A stretch of DNA of 64,000 nucleotides from Amoebidium appalachense (taxonomy: Eukaryota > Protista > Ichthyosporea), in the NCBI GenBank assembly GCA_963693365.1, contig CAVNZM010000001.1, positions 13,378,418-13,442,417 of the forward strand, read 5' to 3'. Position numbers and translations under genes: made by a program. The first letter of the stretch is position 1; every line of letters starts with the position of its first letter. The notes under the pieces are model-generated. The model saw only the letters and a list, made by a program, of their open reading frames with translations. It had not been told where the DNA came from and ran no database searches. Shown piece by piece: positions 50,331-64,000 of the stretch.

Positions 50331-51321
50331 GGACTCCCCTCCCAGAGGCATTGTGCTTGCAATCGGTGTGTGTGTTCGTCCTTTCGCACATCCGGGTGGA
50401 CTACAGAATATATTGCCGTGAAAACAGGCACCGGGAGAGAAAAAAAAAGGGGGGGGGGGGGGGGGGGGGGGGGGAGGGGGGGGGGGGAAGGGGGGGGGGA
50501 GAGAGAGAGAGAGAGGGAGGGAGGGAGGGGAGGGAGCCAGTTGCATCGGGTCCGTATACGTGTACATACACATATAATGGTAGTCTGGTATGCGCCGTAG
50601 TGAATGACTCGCAAGAAATACGTATGTAGTGTAATCTGATTGTGAAGACCAGCACAACATAGATGGTCCTTGGATGGAAAAGATTAATAATAAACACAGC
50701 GGCCCGTATGTAAGAAAAAGTACGTAATGGTTATGATTTTTTTTGGTTGCCATATTAGTGTGTTTGTCAATGATGTCTCAAATCCCGTTTGTTTGTTTTT
50801 TTCCCTCGTCATTTGCCATGCCATGTGTACATGTATGTACATGCAATCGTTACTTCTCACGGTCAGGGCTGGTAATTATGGTCAAAACCACGTGCACTCG
50901 CCTTCATTTATCATTTACACCTACCTATTTCAACATATTAGAACCAAATTATCACAAGTCTGTTGTTTTGAGCCTTGACAAGGTGTTTGACAATTGTTTT
51001 TTACTGCTTGTTTTTTGTAAAAAGCTTAAGGGCTCCCCGGAGAGGTTCCGCGACATAAAATATCAAAGGAAAAGTTTTTTTTATCTTGTGTGTGTGTGTG
51101 TGTGTGTTTGTGTGTGTGTGCTCGTGTTTGTCTGTGTGTGTGCTCGTGCTTGTCTGTATGTGGATGGATGGGTGTGTGTGTGTGGGGTGTGGGGGGGGGG
51201 GGGGGGGGGGGGGGGGGGAGTGATGCGAGAGGGTGTGTGTGTGGGGGGGGGGGGGGGGGGGGGAGTGATGCGAGTGTGTGTGTGTGTGTGTGGGGGGGGG
51301 GGGGGGAGGGAGAGCGGGGGA

Positions 51322-51365
<44 letters not shown>

Positions 51366-51636
51366 ATGGATGGGTGGGGGGCCAAGGGGTGCGAGTGTGT
51401 GTGCGTGTGCTTGGGTGAGTGTGTGTGCCTTTGAAAGGGGAGTGGGGGGGGGGGGGGGGGGGGGGGAGGGGGGGGGGGGGGAGGCAGGTGTGCAATGCAA
51501 CTTGTTTTGTCGAAACAAATGGCAACTTATAGTCCAAAGAATAATCCAATTCGTCCACCCAATCGACCAAGATCCAGATGTGTTTGGGCATCTAGTGGAG
51601 TCAATCAGGCATTTAGGAGGCTGTGGAGCGGGGGGG

Positions 51637-51692
<56 letters not shown>

Positions 51693-51821
51693 AAAATGGC
51701 GGTGAGACGGGGGTGGGGTCGGGTGGGGGTGGGGGTGGGGTGGGGGGGGGGGGGGGGGGGCGGAGGGGAAAGGGGGGAGAAGGGTCAATTCAGGATTGGT
51801 GTTTTAAATAATTAATCATTT

Positions 51822-51941
51822 ATTTCTACTGACTGTGAGTGAGCAGCTGGTGGAAAGCACATTGACCAAGGACATTATAAAGCGGGCAGTGCCACTTTCG
51901 TGACACGTACTACTCACAGGTGTACGGCATACCCATGCAGG
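51822..51941 (+). pseudogene. Orphan diverged copy of ALIX-like exon 8
   Basis: gtgagcagctggtggaaagcacattgaccaaggacattataaagcgggca[28-nt insert]caggtgtacggcatacccatgcag matches 37030-37103. Confidence 0.8.
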
Positions 51942-52105
51942 CATGACCCCCGTACGCGTGTGTGTGTGTGTGTGTGTTTGTAGGGGGGTGAGGGGGGGGG
52001 GGGCAGGGGGGGCAGGGGGGGGGGGAGGGGGGGGGTGTATGTATGTGTGTATGTGTTTGGGTGTAGGTTGGTGGAGCGAGGGGGGAAGGGGGAGGGGAGG
52101 AGGGG

Positions 52106-52108
<3 letters not shown>

Positions 52109-52192
<84 letters not shown>
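52109..52192. repeat. Poly-G tract (~84 nt)
   Basis: Longest of very many G/C homopolymers; assembled length may be unreliable. Confidence 0.9.
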
Positions 52193-52902
52193 CTGGTCCT
52201 TATTGGAAGCCACTGGATCATGTTGCCGCATGACTGTGAGTGAAAGGCGGCTGCATCGAAGTGGGGGAGGGGGGGGGGAGGAAGGAGTCTGGGATGTACC
52301 CCAATGGCAGCGTCTTATACCAAACTTTGCTGCCACATGAAACTGTACTTAAGTTACACTTTCGATACACTTTAAGGTCCTTGAACACACCAGCTCTTTT
52401 TACGGCTACTGTAATGCGCGGGGCGCGGCGGGGGCCTGGGGAGGGAGGGGGGAGGGTTGCAGCGCTTCACAACTGCAAAGACAAAACGGCTGTCCATTTC
52501 CCCATAACTCTCCATTACGATCGCACTTTTATAACTAGCATCACTCTGCCTGGTATACTATTGGTCCAGTAGAAACACATTATAAATAATTGCTCAGCCT
52601 AAGTTACGCCCTTAAAGGGTTTAACGGGTGCATTATGAACATAATTTATCTACAATAACTACATACACGATCATAGTAGTACTATATCTCGTCTGATAAT
52701 TAAATAAGTTACACAACAAATTACTGTAGGTGGGCAGCACCTACTCAATGATCCGTGCAACGGTTTTAGCACACACTACTACTACAATTTTAATTAATAA
52801 TATACTACATAATACCCGAGCCGTGACTCGTTATGAATCATTGGCATTCAATGATAATTTTGACTACACACTAAGAGGCTACCATTACAACTACCAATCA
52901 TT

Positions 52903-54510
52903 TTACATTACAGGTGACCACGCAATAATCTCACCACTAAACTCATCGCCACTCACAACCCCCATATCTTCCTCATCTTTATCATTCAAATCAGAAACTC
53001 CGAGGCTAATCACTCCAACAGCATCCGTGGCACAATCCGAACCACACGATTTCCCACCCAACTCGGAGCGTTCTCCAGCGACCGCCCCCGTTCGTGTCGG
53101 TGCACACCACGAAGCCCTTACACTGGGCCGTCGTACCGAAACGCTTCGCCGGGGAATCTCCGCGAGAGCCTCTTCAGACATTGCGAGGCTGGCCAATTGA
53201 ATGGAGTCCGTTTCGCTCACCCGCCAATACGCCTGCACGTAGTTTTGAAGCCACGGACGCCCATTCTCCGCACTGTCGGCAAGCGTTTTGGCGGCGACGT
53301 GTCGCGGCGTCAGACTCTGCCGGCGTGCGGACGGGAGGGAGGAGAAGGATTTGCTCTCTGGAAGGGAACACCCCGCCGTCAAAATTTCGGTACCGGTGTT
53401 GTAATTCGAGTCGTTGTGATTTTCCTGCGCCGTTGCCTCCCCCTCAGACCATCTGCGGGGGATGTTTATATTTCCGGCCTGTCTGTCGCGTTTATAATCT
53501 GCTGCGAGGCTCCGTTGCTGCGACGAGGGGCAGCTTAGAGTAACGTCGGCGAGCGACTTGGAACGACGGCATGGACACTTGCGTAGTAGTGCTTGTGGGT
53601 GGGCAGCGGGTGGACTATCGATTATTGTCGGGCTGCTGATACTGTCTATGGCAATGGTAACGTCGCTAAGCGAAGAACAAATGCGGTCAATGTCGGTCTC
53701 GTTGTTTTTGTTGGTTTCGGATTCGAATGTGAAAGGGTTTTCGGTGGGGGAAGACATCGCAGGAAGCGATGTGTTACCGCTGTCGGTCGCGAAAGGGCGG
53801 AGATCTTCAACAATAATTGAATTATGGTCCGACGATTTACCTGCAGCACACGACTCCTCGCATCCCGTTTGTGAATTCGTCGTACTCTTGGGTTGGGGCG
53901 TGGTTTCAAAGTGTGTTCCTGCTCCGGGCGACGGGGGAACTTGCTGTTGGGTTGGTTTCAAATTGCTCCCACGGGGTGATGTCATTGACGCGTCACGGTG
54001 TCGCCTCAATTCAGCGTGCCCGGTTCTCTGCTGCTCGCCATCGTGAAGGCTGCATCGCATCGAGGAATGAGATTCGGTTTCAAAAGCAAATGCCGTGTTG
54101 TGTCCGTGAAAACATGTGTCCGCTTGCTGTAGTATAGAGTGAACGGAATTTTCCGCATCATTTACCGCGAGATTTCTTTCCCTGTTTGACTTGTTGGCAG
54201 GCCTGGGTGTAAAAGTGTGTGGTCGAACAGGGTGTTGGTTGGCTTTTAAACATATTGCGCTTGCTGGTAGACTAAGCGAAGTTACCCTCGGATACGTTTC
54301 GAAATCCAGTTTGGAATCCGAGTATGTGCGGCGGCGCTGTCCGTCGAATTTGATATTTTTGGAAAAGGAGTCGTTGTGTGGAGGTTTTAGCTCGAGGGCA
54401 TTTGGAGAGGAAAAGACGGAGAGGGTGGTATCATTTCCGATGTTCTTGGGGACAAAGCCACCTTCCTTCTGTTTTCTCCCGAAGAACTTGTGCAGCTTCG
54501 TGAAATCCAT
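52903..54510 (-). CDS. Hypothetical intronless Ser/Thr-rich protein (535 aa)
   Basis: 1.6-kb uninterrupted ORF in complex, non-repetitive sequence with good start context (CACCATGG). Looks largely disordered, with RRxS motifs and an acidic C-terminus. No recognisable domain. Confidence 0.65.
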   Translation of the reverse strand: MDFTKLHKFFGRKQKEGGFVPKNIGNDTTLSVFSSPNALELKPPHNDSFSKNIKFDGQRRRTYSDSKLDFETYPRVTSLSLPASAICLKANQHPVRPHTFTPRPANKSNRERNLAVNDAENSVHSILQQADTCFHGHNTAFAFETESHSSMRCSLHDGEQQRTGHAELRRHRDASMTSPRGSNLKPTQQQVPPSPGAGTHFETTPQPKSTTNSQTGCEESCAAGKSSDHNSIIVEDLRPFATDSGNTSLPAMSSPTENPFTFESETNKNNETDIDRICSSLSDVTIAIDSISSPTIIDSPPAAHPQALLRKCPCRRSKSLADVTLSCPSSQQRSLAADYKRDRQAGNINIPRRWSEGEATAQENHNDSNYNTGTEILTAGCSLPESKSFSSLPSARRQSLTPRHVAAKTLADSAENGRPWLQNYVQAYWRVSETDSIQLASLAMSEEALAEIPRRSVSVRRPSVRASWCAPTRTGAVAGERSELGGKSCGSDCATDAVGVISLGVSDLNDKDEEDMGVVSGDEFSGEIIAWSPVM

Positions 54511-54615
54511 GGTGCGGGAAGACGGTTTGTGGTCATGCTAACAATACATAGTTCTATGACGGCTTTTATGCAGTTTGGACTTCGTATCAATAACACATCG
54601 CTAAGTGTGTGCTCG

Positions 54616-54668
<53 letters not shown>

Positions 54669-56361
54669 AGTGTGTGTGTATGTGCGTGTGTGTCTGTGTG
54701 TATGTGTGTGTGTGCAACAGAGCCTCGGCCCAAACTGTGTGTTTACTAGTACGTACTTTTTAATACTTAGTCACATGACATTGTAGTTGCTAACACAACT
54801 GCACTTGCATGCATGTCGTTGTGCGTTCGAAGGTCACATGTAGTGTTCGAGCCTCAGTACTTGTCCTTGATAGAAAACGTGGTGCACGTTTAGGAATTCG
54901 TATTATTAATAACGACACCTCCGAGTCGGGCTGTGCCTTGCAGACAGCCGGGGCATATGAAAAGAAAAACAGACTTCAATTAACGACAAAACAGAATAAA
55001 ACAATAACTGTTCTGTTGCCAGGTAGTATATGCAGTGCCAACTTGGATTTGCCCTAAGAGGATTACGCAGCTTGAAGTTCAGCCAAATGCAAATTCAAGT
55101 TTCTCGTTTGCTAACACAGTGTGGTTTCAGCGACTGGCAGAACACGGATGTCATTGAATCTACAGATAACAGGTCATTCCCATAGTCACTCGAATTCAAA
55201 GGCATCGATGAGCGGCAGCCCTTCCTTCGTGCATTCATTCACAACGGTACGACGTACAGTGTCACCGGTCACTGTACTGACATGTCATAACAGGCATGAT
55301 AGGCTGAGTGCGTAGGGGCCGACCACATGGACAACACTACTGTCGACCCGGCGGCCGCGCTGGTCCTTGCAGCCTTTGATTCGTTACACAAGTTGGCGCG
55401 GACTCAGGGGAACGCAGATATATATATAAATGGTGGTTGCCAGAATCTGATGGCAAGTTTGGACGGTCTTCACGTTGCTCACGTCGATTTCTACGGCCGT
55501 CAGTCGGTTTACATGAACTTCGACTTGTGGGCACTTAGTGGATTATTGTAGGTGGAGAAAAAGAAGAAGGGACGCTCACTGACTGGCAGCAGTTCCGAAA
55601 GTAATGTAAACGTTCGCGTGTGAGCGTGACAGAAGAGGTGTGTACTATATGCGAATGAATGACATGACATTGACAGGACCGCCAGTAGCATGTATGATGG
55701 CTCGTGCCTGAAGTCCAGCAAAATGACGGATACAGTGATGAGGTTATCAGTCTGTTCATGTATGTGCCAGCAGCGTTACTGAAGTGATTATATTGCACCG
55801 GCGTTTGCAAGGTTTTTTTTTTCGAGTCTACCCACTGTAGGTTAGCTTCATGGTGCCACGACGCGTGCACGCCTCATCACCGCCTCTCACATCAGCCAAT
55901 CAGATCATCCCATTGTTATTACTGGAATGTAGACACATACCACATTAAAATCAAAAAATACCAGCGACTCTTAGTTAGTAATTTGGGATCACACTAAATC
56001 TACAATAGCACACGAAAAACACGCAGCCAAAACTTTATTTTCTCTAGATATATTTTGCTGTATAAATTAAACTATATCATAATTCATGCTCATGCATTTA
56101 ATAGCTACACAACTTTGCCCTTCGAATTCAGGTCCTGAGCCTGGTATTTCGGTATGCACATTTGGCCCGGGTGAGTTGAATCAATTTGATCACTGATCAC
56201 ATGACCGTTCTTTGCTATGGGAAAACTCAAGGGGTTAGTGAAGATGCTGGCAGCCGAATGCGGGGCTCCCGTCTGCTAAAGAGGGGCCAGAGGCCATGCC
56301 CCTCTCGCAAAAAACGTTTTAATGCATGTGCTTGTGTTGAAGTGCGTGCTGTGTGTCACAG

Positions 56362-56394
<33 letters not shown>

Positions 56395-56400
56395 GTGTAT

Positions 56401-56463
<63 letters not shown>

Positions 56464-56807
56464 CGTGTCACAATAACGGTGCGTGCACGTGTAGTCTATT
56501 TAGATCTACGGTGTGTGTGGGTGGGCGGTGTGTATATGGGTGTATATCATGGTGTGTCTGGTGTGCACGTGTGTGTGTGCGCGCGCGCGTGTGATCTAAT
56601 TGAGTGTGTGCGTGTGTGTGTGTGCGCGTGTGTGCATCTTTGTGTGTGTGTGTGTGTGTGTGTGACTGTGTGTGTGTGTGTGCACGTGTTTGTGTGCACG
56701 AGAAATAGAGATTGAGAGTGGGTGTGTGTGTGTGTGTGTGTATGTGTTTATGTTTCTGCCGGTGCGTCCTTTTTTTTTTTTTTTTTTTTTTTTTTGGGTG
56801 GTGGTGG

Positions 56808-56848
<41 letters not shown>

Positions 56849-58429
56849 TAATATATAATGGGTTGGGGGGGGGGGGGGGGGAGGGGGGGGAAGGGTGTTG
56901 ATAAACACTCTTCCCACGGCAACTTGGGACAGAAAGAGTTTCTTTGTATATGGGTGGCCATATGGTTTTAGACACATGACCAAAACAAAAATTGCAGGGT
57001 GGGGGTTCCACCCTAGTGGTACCGTGTGGGCATGTTTCATCCACAACGCAGGCAGGCTCGGAGAAAAAGACATGGATATGGTTGACTCCCCTACCTTGGG
57101 GGGAAATCACCATACGCCCATTTCCAGAAGGACACTGCACGTGCACCACCTGCAAGCATTTGAAAACTGTCAGCAGTGAAAATTATTCACTTCATTTCTC
57201 TAATCTTTTGAATATATATAATGCGCAGCACAGCTTAAGCTTTGCGAAGTGCTCCTGTGTGCACTGTGTCAAGTATTGTTCAAGATGGCCAAATTATATC
57301 CCAATACAGCTAGCGCGGCTGGCACACGTGTGCGTTACGTGCACCAACGCGTACCCCGGGCCCATGCATGCGGATGGCATACAGTACTACACATCGCTTT
57401 GTAACGATCGATGATGGCCATTTTCTAGTTCTTTCATATCAATTGTTCGTGAACCACTTAAGAACATTGTATCGAATATTCTAGTTTTAGGCTTTTCTTC
57501 CAAGTCTCACTCTCAAGCTACTCTCAGCCTCAAATGACTCTGTATATCATATTGGTTCGATCAGATCTGACGTAGATCTGGTCGCACACACATACCAAGA
57601 ACCTCCAATCATCTGCGACCCCTGGTTTAGCTTTACATACCAAAGGATAAATTTGAATAGCAATGATTGGTCAGGGTGTAGCCTCTCTCACCCTCGCCGA
57701 CCGATAGGGATGTTCTCTTTCTTGACAGGGGCACTGGATGAAAAACTTAACACCGAATATTAACTCATAAACCAAACGAAGATTTTTGGAAATCCAGGCC
57801 CTTTTTGGATCTCAAATTGATTACCTCCCAGCTGGACCTTAGTAACGAGATAGGAATGGCAAAACACGAACACACGCACGTGCACGCACACGCACACACG
57901 CTGCACGTGCATCCGATTCCGCGAATCCTCGCGCACACACGTGCGGTGACCGTGACGGCAGGCCCGAGACTCCCGACTCCGTACTGATCCCCTAGACAGA
58001 GCACTGTCACGGAAGAGCTGACACGGTGCGTATATTTTTTTTTCTCTTGACTGGGATTTATTGATCAGTGGTCCAGTGGATATGAAGGCAACGTGCAGCC
58101 ACAGGCTACATGACCACCAAAAAAACCGACTTCGAAAGAGCCACAGCGATGAAATAAAAAATAAAACAACAAGTGACCAAAGGACACCAGCGGGCAAAGG
58201 TACAAGTGCACGTGTATGCGTGAAACTAATTTGCTCCAACTAGTAGTCATATGCAGCGATGATGACCAGGCCACACTCCGCAAGAAGACATCATTACTGC
58301 TGCCCCTCAACAGGCCCCCCTCAAAACCTACCGGGGCACAGCAAGCAAGTCAGCCCTCTAAAGAGCAATGCAGACCAAATCCGAGCGTATATTTAACGGG
58401 CTAATGTTTTTCCAAGTCTTCTTTTAACT

Positions 58430-58510
58430 GTCAATATATGTCGTGCGTATATACTTGCAGCAGTTGAAACGATGGAGGTGCAAGTATATACGCACGACAT
58501 ATATATTGAC
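58430..58510. other. Long inverted repeat / hairpin (26 bp perfect, ~30 bp with a 2-nt bulge, 19-nt loop)
   Basis: atatatgtcgtgcgtatatacttgca / tgcaagtatatacgcacgacatatat, extended by gtca/tgac. Confidence 0.85.
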
Positions 58511-59732
58511 CCTTCACAATCCACTAAGCATTTAGTCAACCTAGTAATAGTTTCACACCTTTGGCTAAACCATACATATCAACCTTGACATTCTTGATCA
58601 TCTTAAAGTTTGCCTGTGGGGGGGGATTTACATGAACTGGTCAGCCTCCGGCGCCGGGTGAGTATGCGTCCTCGTTTCAGAACTATCACCAGCTGACCAG
58701 CGATGATTGACATGGACAGTGGTACAATATTACGTGCGTGCTGCGAGGAACGTGCTCTCCATCCATAAATATACCAAACACACATGTCAACGATTTATGC
58801 ACGACTGTAAATATTAAACAGCAGCAAAAAAAAGACATTCGCGAGATGGCGTCGGGTGGTGACCTTATGCCTTCAAGTTACGACATTCCTTTAAACCGGG
58901 CTTCAGATGGAAATCGTACGAAAGTGAGTCCACGTCCTGTTTACAGACCACCCCGGGCCCAGCCATGAACGTTAGAGTATACTAGTACTCCATTTAAATA
59001 TTAGCGGAGAAAAGGTCTCTCTTGGGGGTTTTCGAACTGATAATAACTTGGATCCTTCTTTTTCGTTTTCTGAAGGGAGGGGGGGAGGAGGTGCAGAGCA
59101 CATTCCGCACATTCCCAAGCGGGTTCTCCCAAACTCATCATCACACAGTGTGTAAGCGATTCAGTTAATGGAAACTTTCGGAAAGAAAGAAAAAGGAAAG
59201 AAAAAGAAAACCAACAACAAACAACAAGCAAAAAAACAAATGGACAACCAGAAGCTTTGCAAACAGTACAAACAGTGCCGTAACAACACCTGCAGTGGCC
59301 CTCATATTCAGTTCAAAATCACGGGATTTATATGGGATTTCCTACCGTCCTCACGGTTTAGTTAGAACGGTATTGCCTCGACACTACTATTGTAATGTTT
59401 TAATGGGAACCTTTGGTTTTGTTATTCATAATTTGCCACTGGCTGTAGTATTTATTTATTTATTGTTAAAAAAAAAGGCGTAGACGGTAGTTAGCCGTCA
59501 CAACAATGGTGCACACTAAAAATAACTGCATACATTCATATTAGTGTAATGATACGGCATCATGCCTTGTCTTGAAGTAAACTAAACCCACATCCTTCTC
59601 TGATTCTAAAATGGATGGCTCCTCGGCAAGCTGTTACAAGCATTCAAAGAGTGAAACCATTTAGCAGCGGGCTATATGGGGATCATTTTATTGCAGGAGT
59701 TCACGAATAAACATCACACGGGGGCCGGGGGG

Positions 59733-59768
<36 letters not shown>

Positions 59769-59911
59769 AACGGAGGGAAATTAGGAAGTGGGGGCCCGGG
59801 GGAGGGGGGGGGGGTAACGGAGGGAAATTAAGAAGTGGGGGCCCGGGGGAGGGGGGGGGGGGAGGGGGGGGGGGGGGGGGGGGAGGGGGGGGAAGAGGGG
59901 TTGGGTCGTGT

Positions 59912-59942
<31 letters not shown>

Positions 59943-60141
59943 GGAGGGGGGAAGGCGGGGGAGGAGGGGAAGAGGGGAGGGAGGAGGGGGGAGAAAGGGT
60001 GAATGGATTGGGTACGGTGCGGGTAGGTGAGTGAGCCTCGGAGTGTGTGTGTTTGTATTTGGGGGTGAGGGATGGGGGCCCCGGAGGGGAGAGAAGGGGG
60101 GGTTGGCGGGGGGGGGGGGGGGGGGAGGGGGGGGGGGTAGA

Positions 60142-63235
<3,094 letters not shown>

Positions 63236-63361
63236 CTACACACCACTCCGGAACCCTTTTCTCAATAAATCTTTGCCACTATTACCAAAACCTCCCCCCC
63301 CCCCTCCCCCCCCCTCCCTCCCCACCTCCCTCCGGCCCCCCCTCCTTCCCCTCCCCCCCCC

Positions 63362-63392
<31 letters not shown>

Positions 63393-63558
63393 TTCCCTCT
63401 TGGCGCCCTCCCATGCCGGGATTTGACAAGAATCAATCAGAAAGATCTTTGAAAAAAAAGGAAGGGGGGGAGAGAAGACAACCCTTGAGAGAGAGGGGTG
63501 TGAGAGGCAGTGCAGGGTATGGGTCGGCGTACGGTGTGTGCGTGTGCGTGTGTGTGTG

Positions 63559-63621
<63 letters not shown>

Positions 63622-64000
63622 GTGAATTTAGCACTGCACTCTTGCATTATCTGTGCACAATCCATGCTTGTGTGTGTGTGTGTGTGTGGGGAGGGGGGGG
63701 GGGGTAGAAGTAAACTTGAGATGTAGTGAAACGTCGTACATCGGACCAGTATCAGATTCAAATGCATAGATATGGCTATAAATAGGGCTACCGTCATCTG
63801 TGTGACACCTCGGTTATTGGGTTTTTATGGCCCTTCTAAAGCAACCACCGCTTCTTCCATCTTAAACCCCGATCGAGGTTGATTCGATCGATGACTTCAG
63901 ATTGCCCTGGCGCGGCCTGTGAATTCTCGACCTTATCTAGCCATTGAGGGGGTGACGTCATTCTGTGCACAAATTCTTTCCACAAAATCTGAGCCCTCGA

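Noticed and set aside
52730-54541. Plus-strand ORFs overlapping the 535-aa ORF
   Set aside because: Antisense shadows of the longer minus-strand ORF.

Overview
Intron-rich eukaryotic genomic DNA, probably from a non-animal opisthokont/protist (inferred from the fungal-type branched-chain amino-acid genes; the organism cannot be fixed from sequence). Most of the supplied ORF track is noise from poly-G/poly-C tracts and (GT)n/(CA)n microsatellites. Reading GT-AG junctions by hand gives eight genes: a 10-exon WS/DGAT acyltransferase (+); a two-exon ~79-aa single-pass membrane protein (-); ketol-acid reductoisomerase (ILV5-like, -) head-to-head with the acetolactate synthase regulatory subunit (ILV6-like, +); an unknown coiled-coil/PRSPYEQ-heptad/NPF-DPF protein (-); a 26-exon ALIX/BRO1 homolog (+); an intronless 535-aa orphan ORF (-); and the 3' part of a fructosamine-3-kinase (-). 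Three non-coding signals stand out. (1) Many introns open with (GT)n/poly-G at the donor and close with poly-C/(CA)n running into the acceptor AG, so their ends are complementary, which suggests structure-assisted splicing. (2) A structured ~230-nt dispersed element sits in homopolymer tracts and has the same orientation relative to the host transcript in every intronic copy found. (3) There are duplicated decoy splice sites, an orphan exon copy, a Tc1-like MITE and a pre-miRNA-like hairpin.
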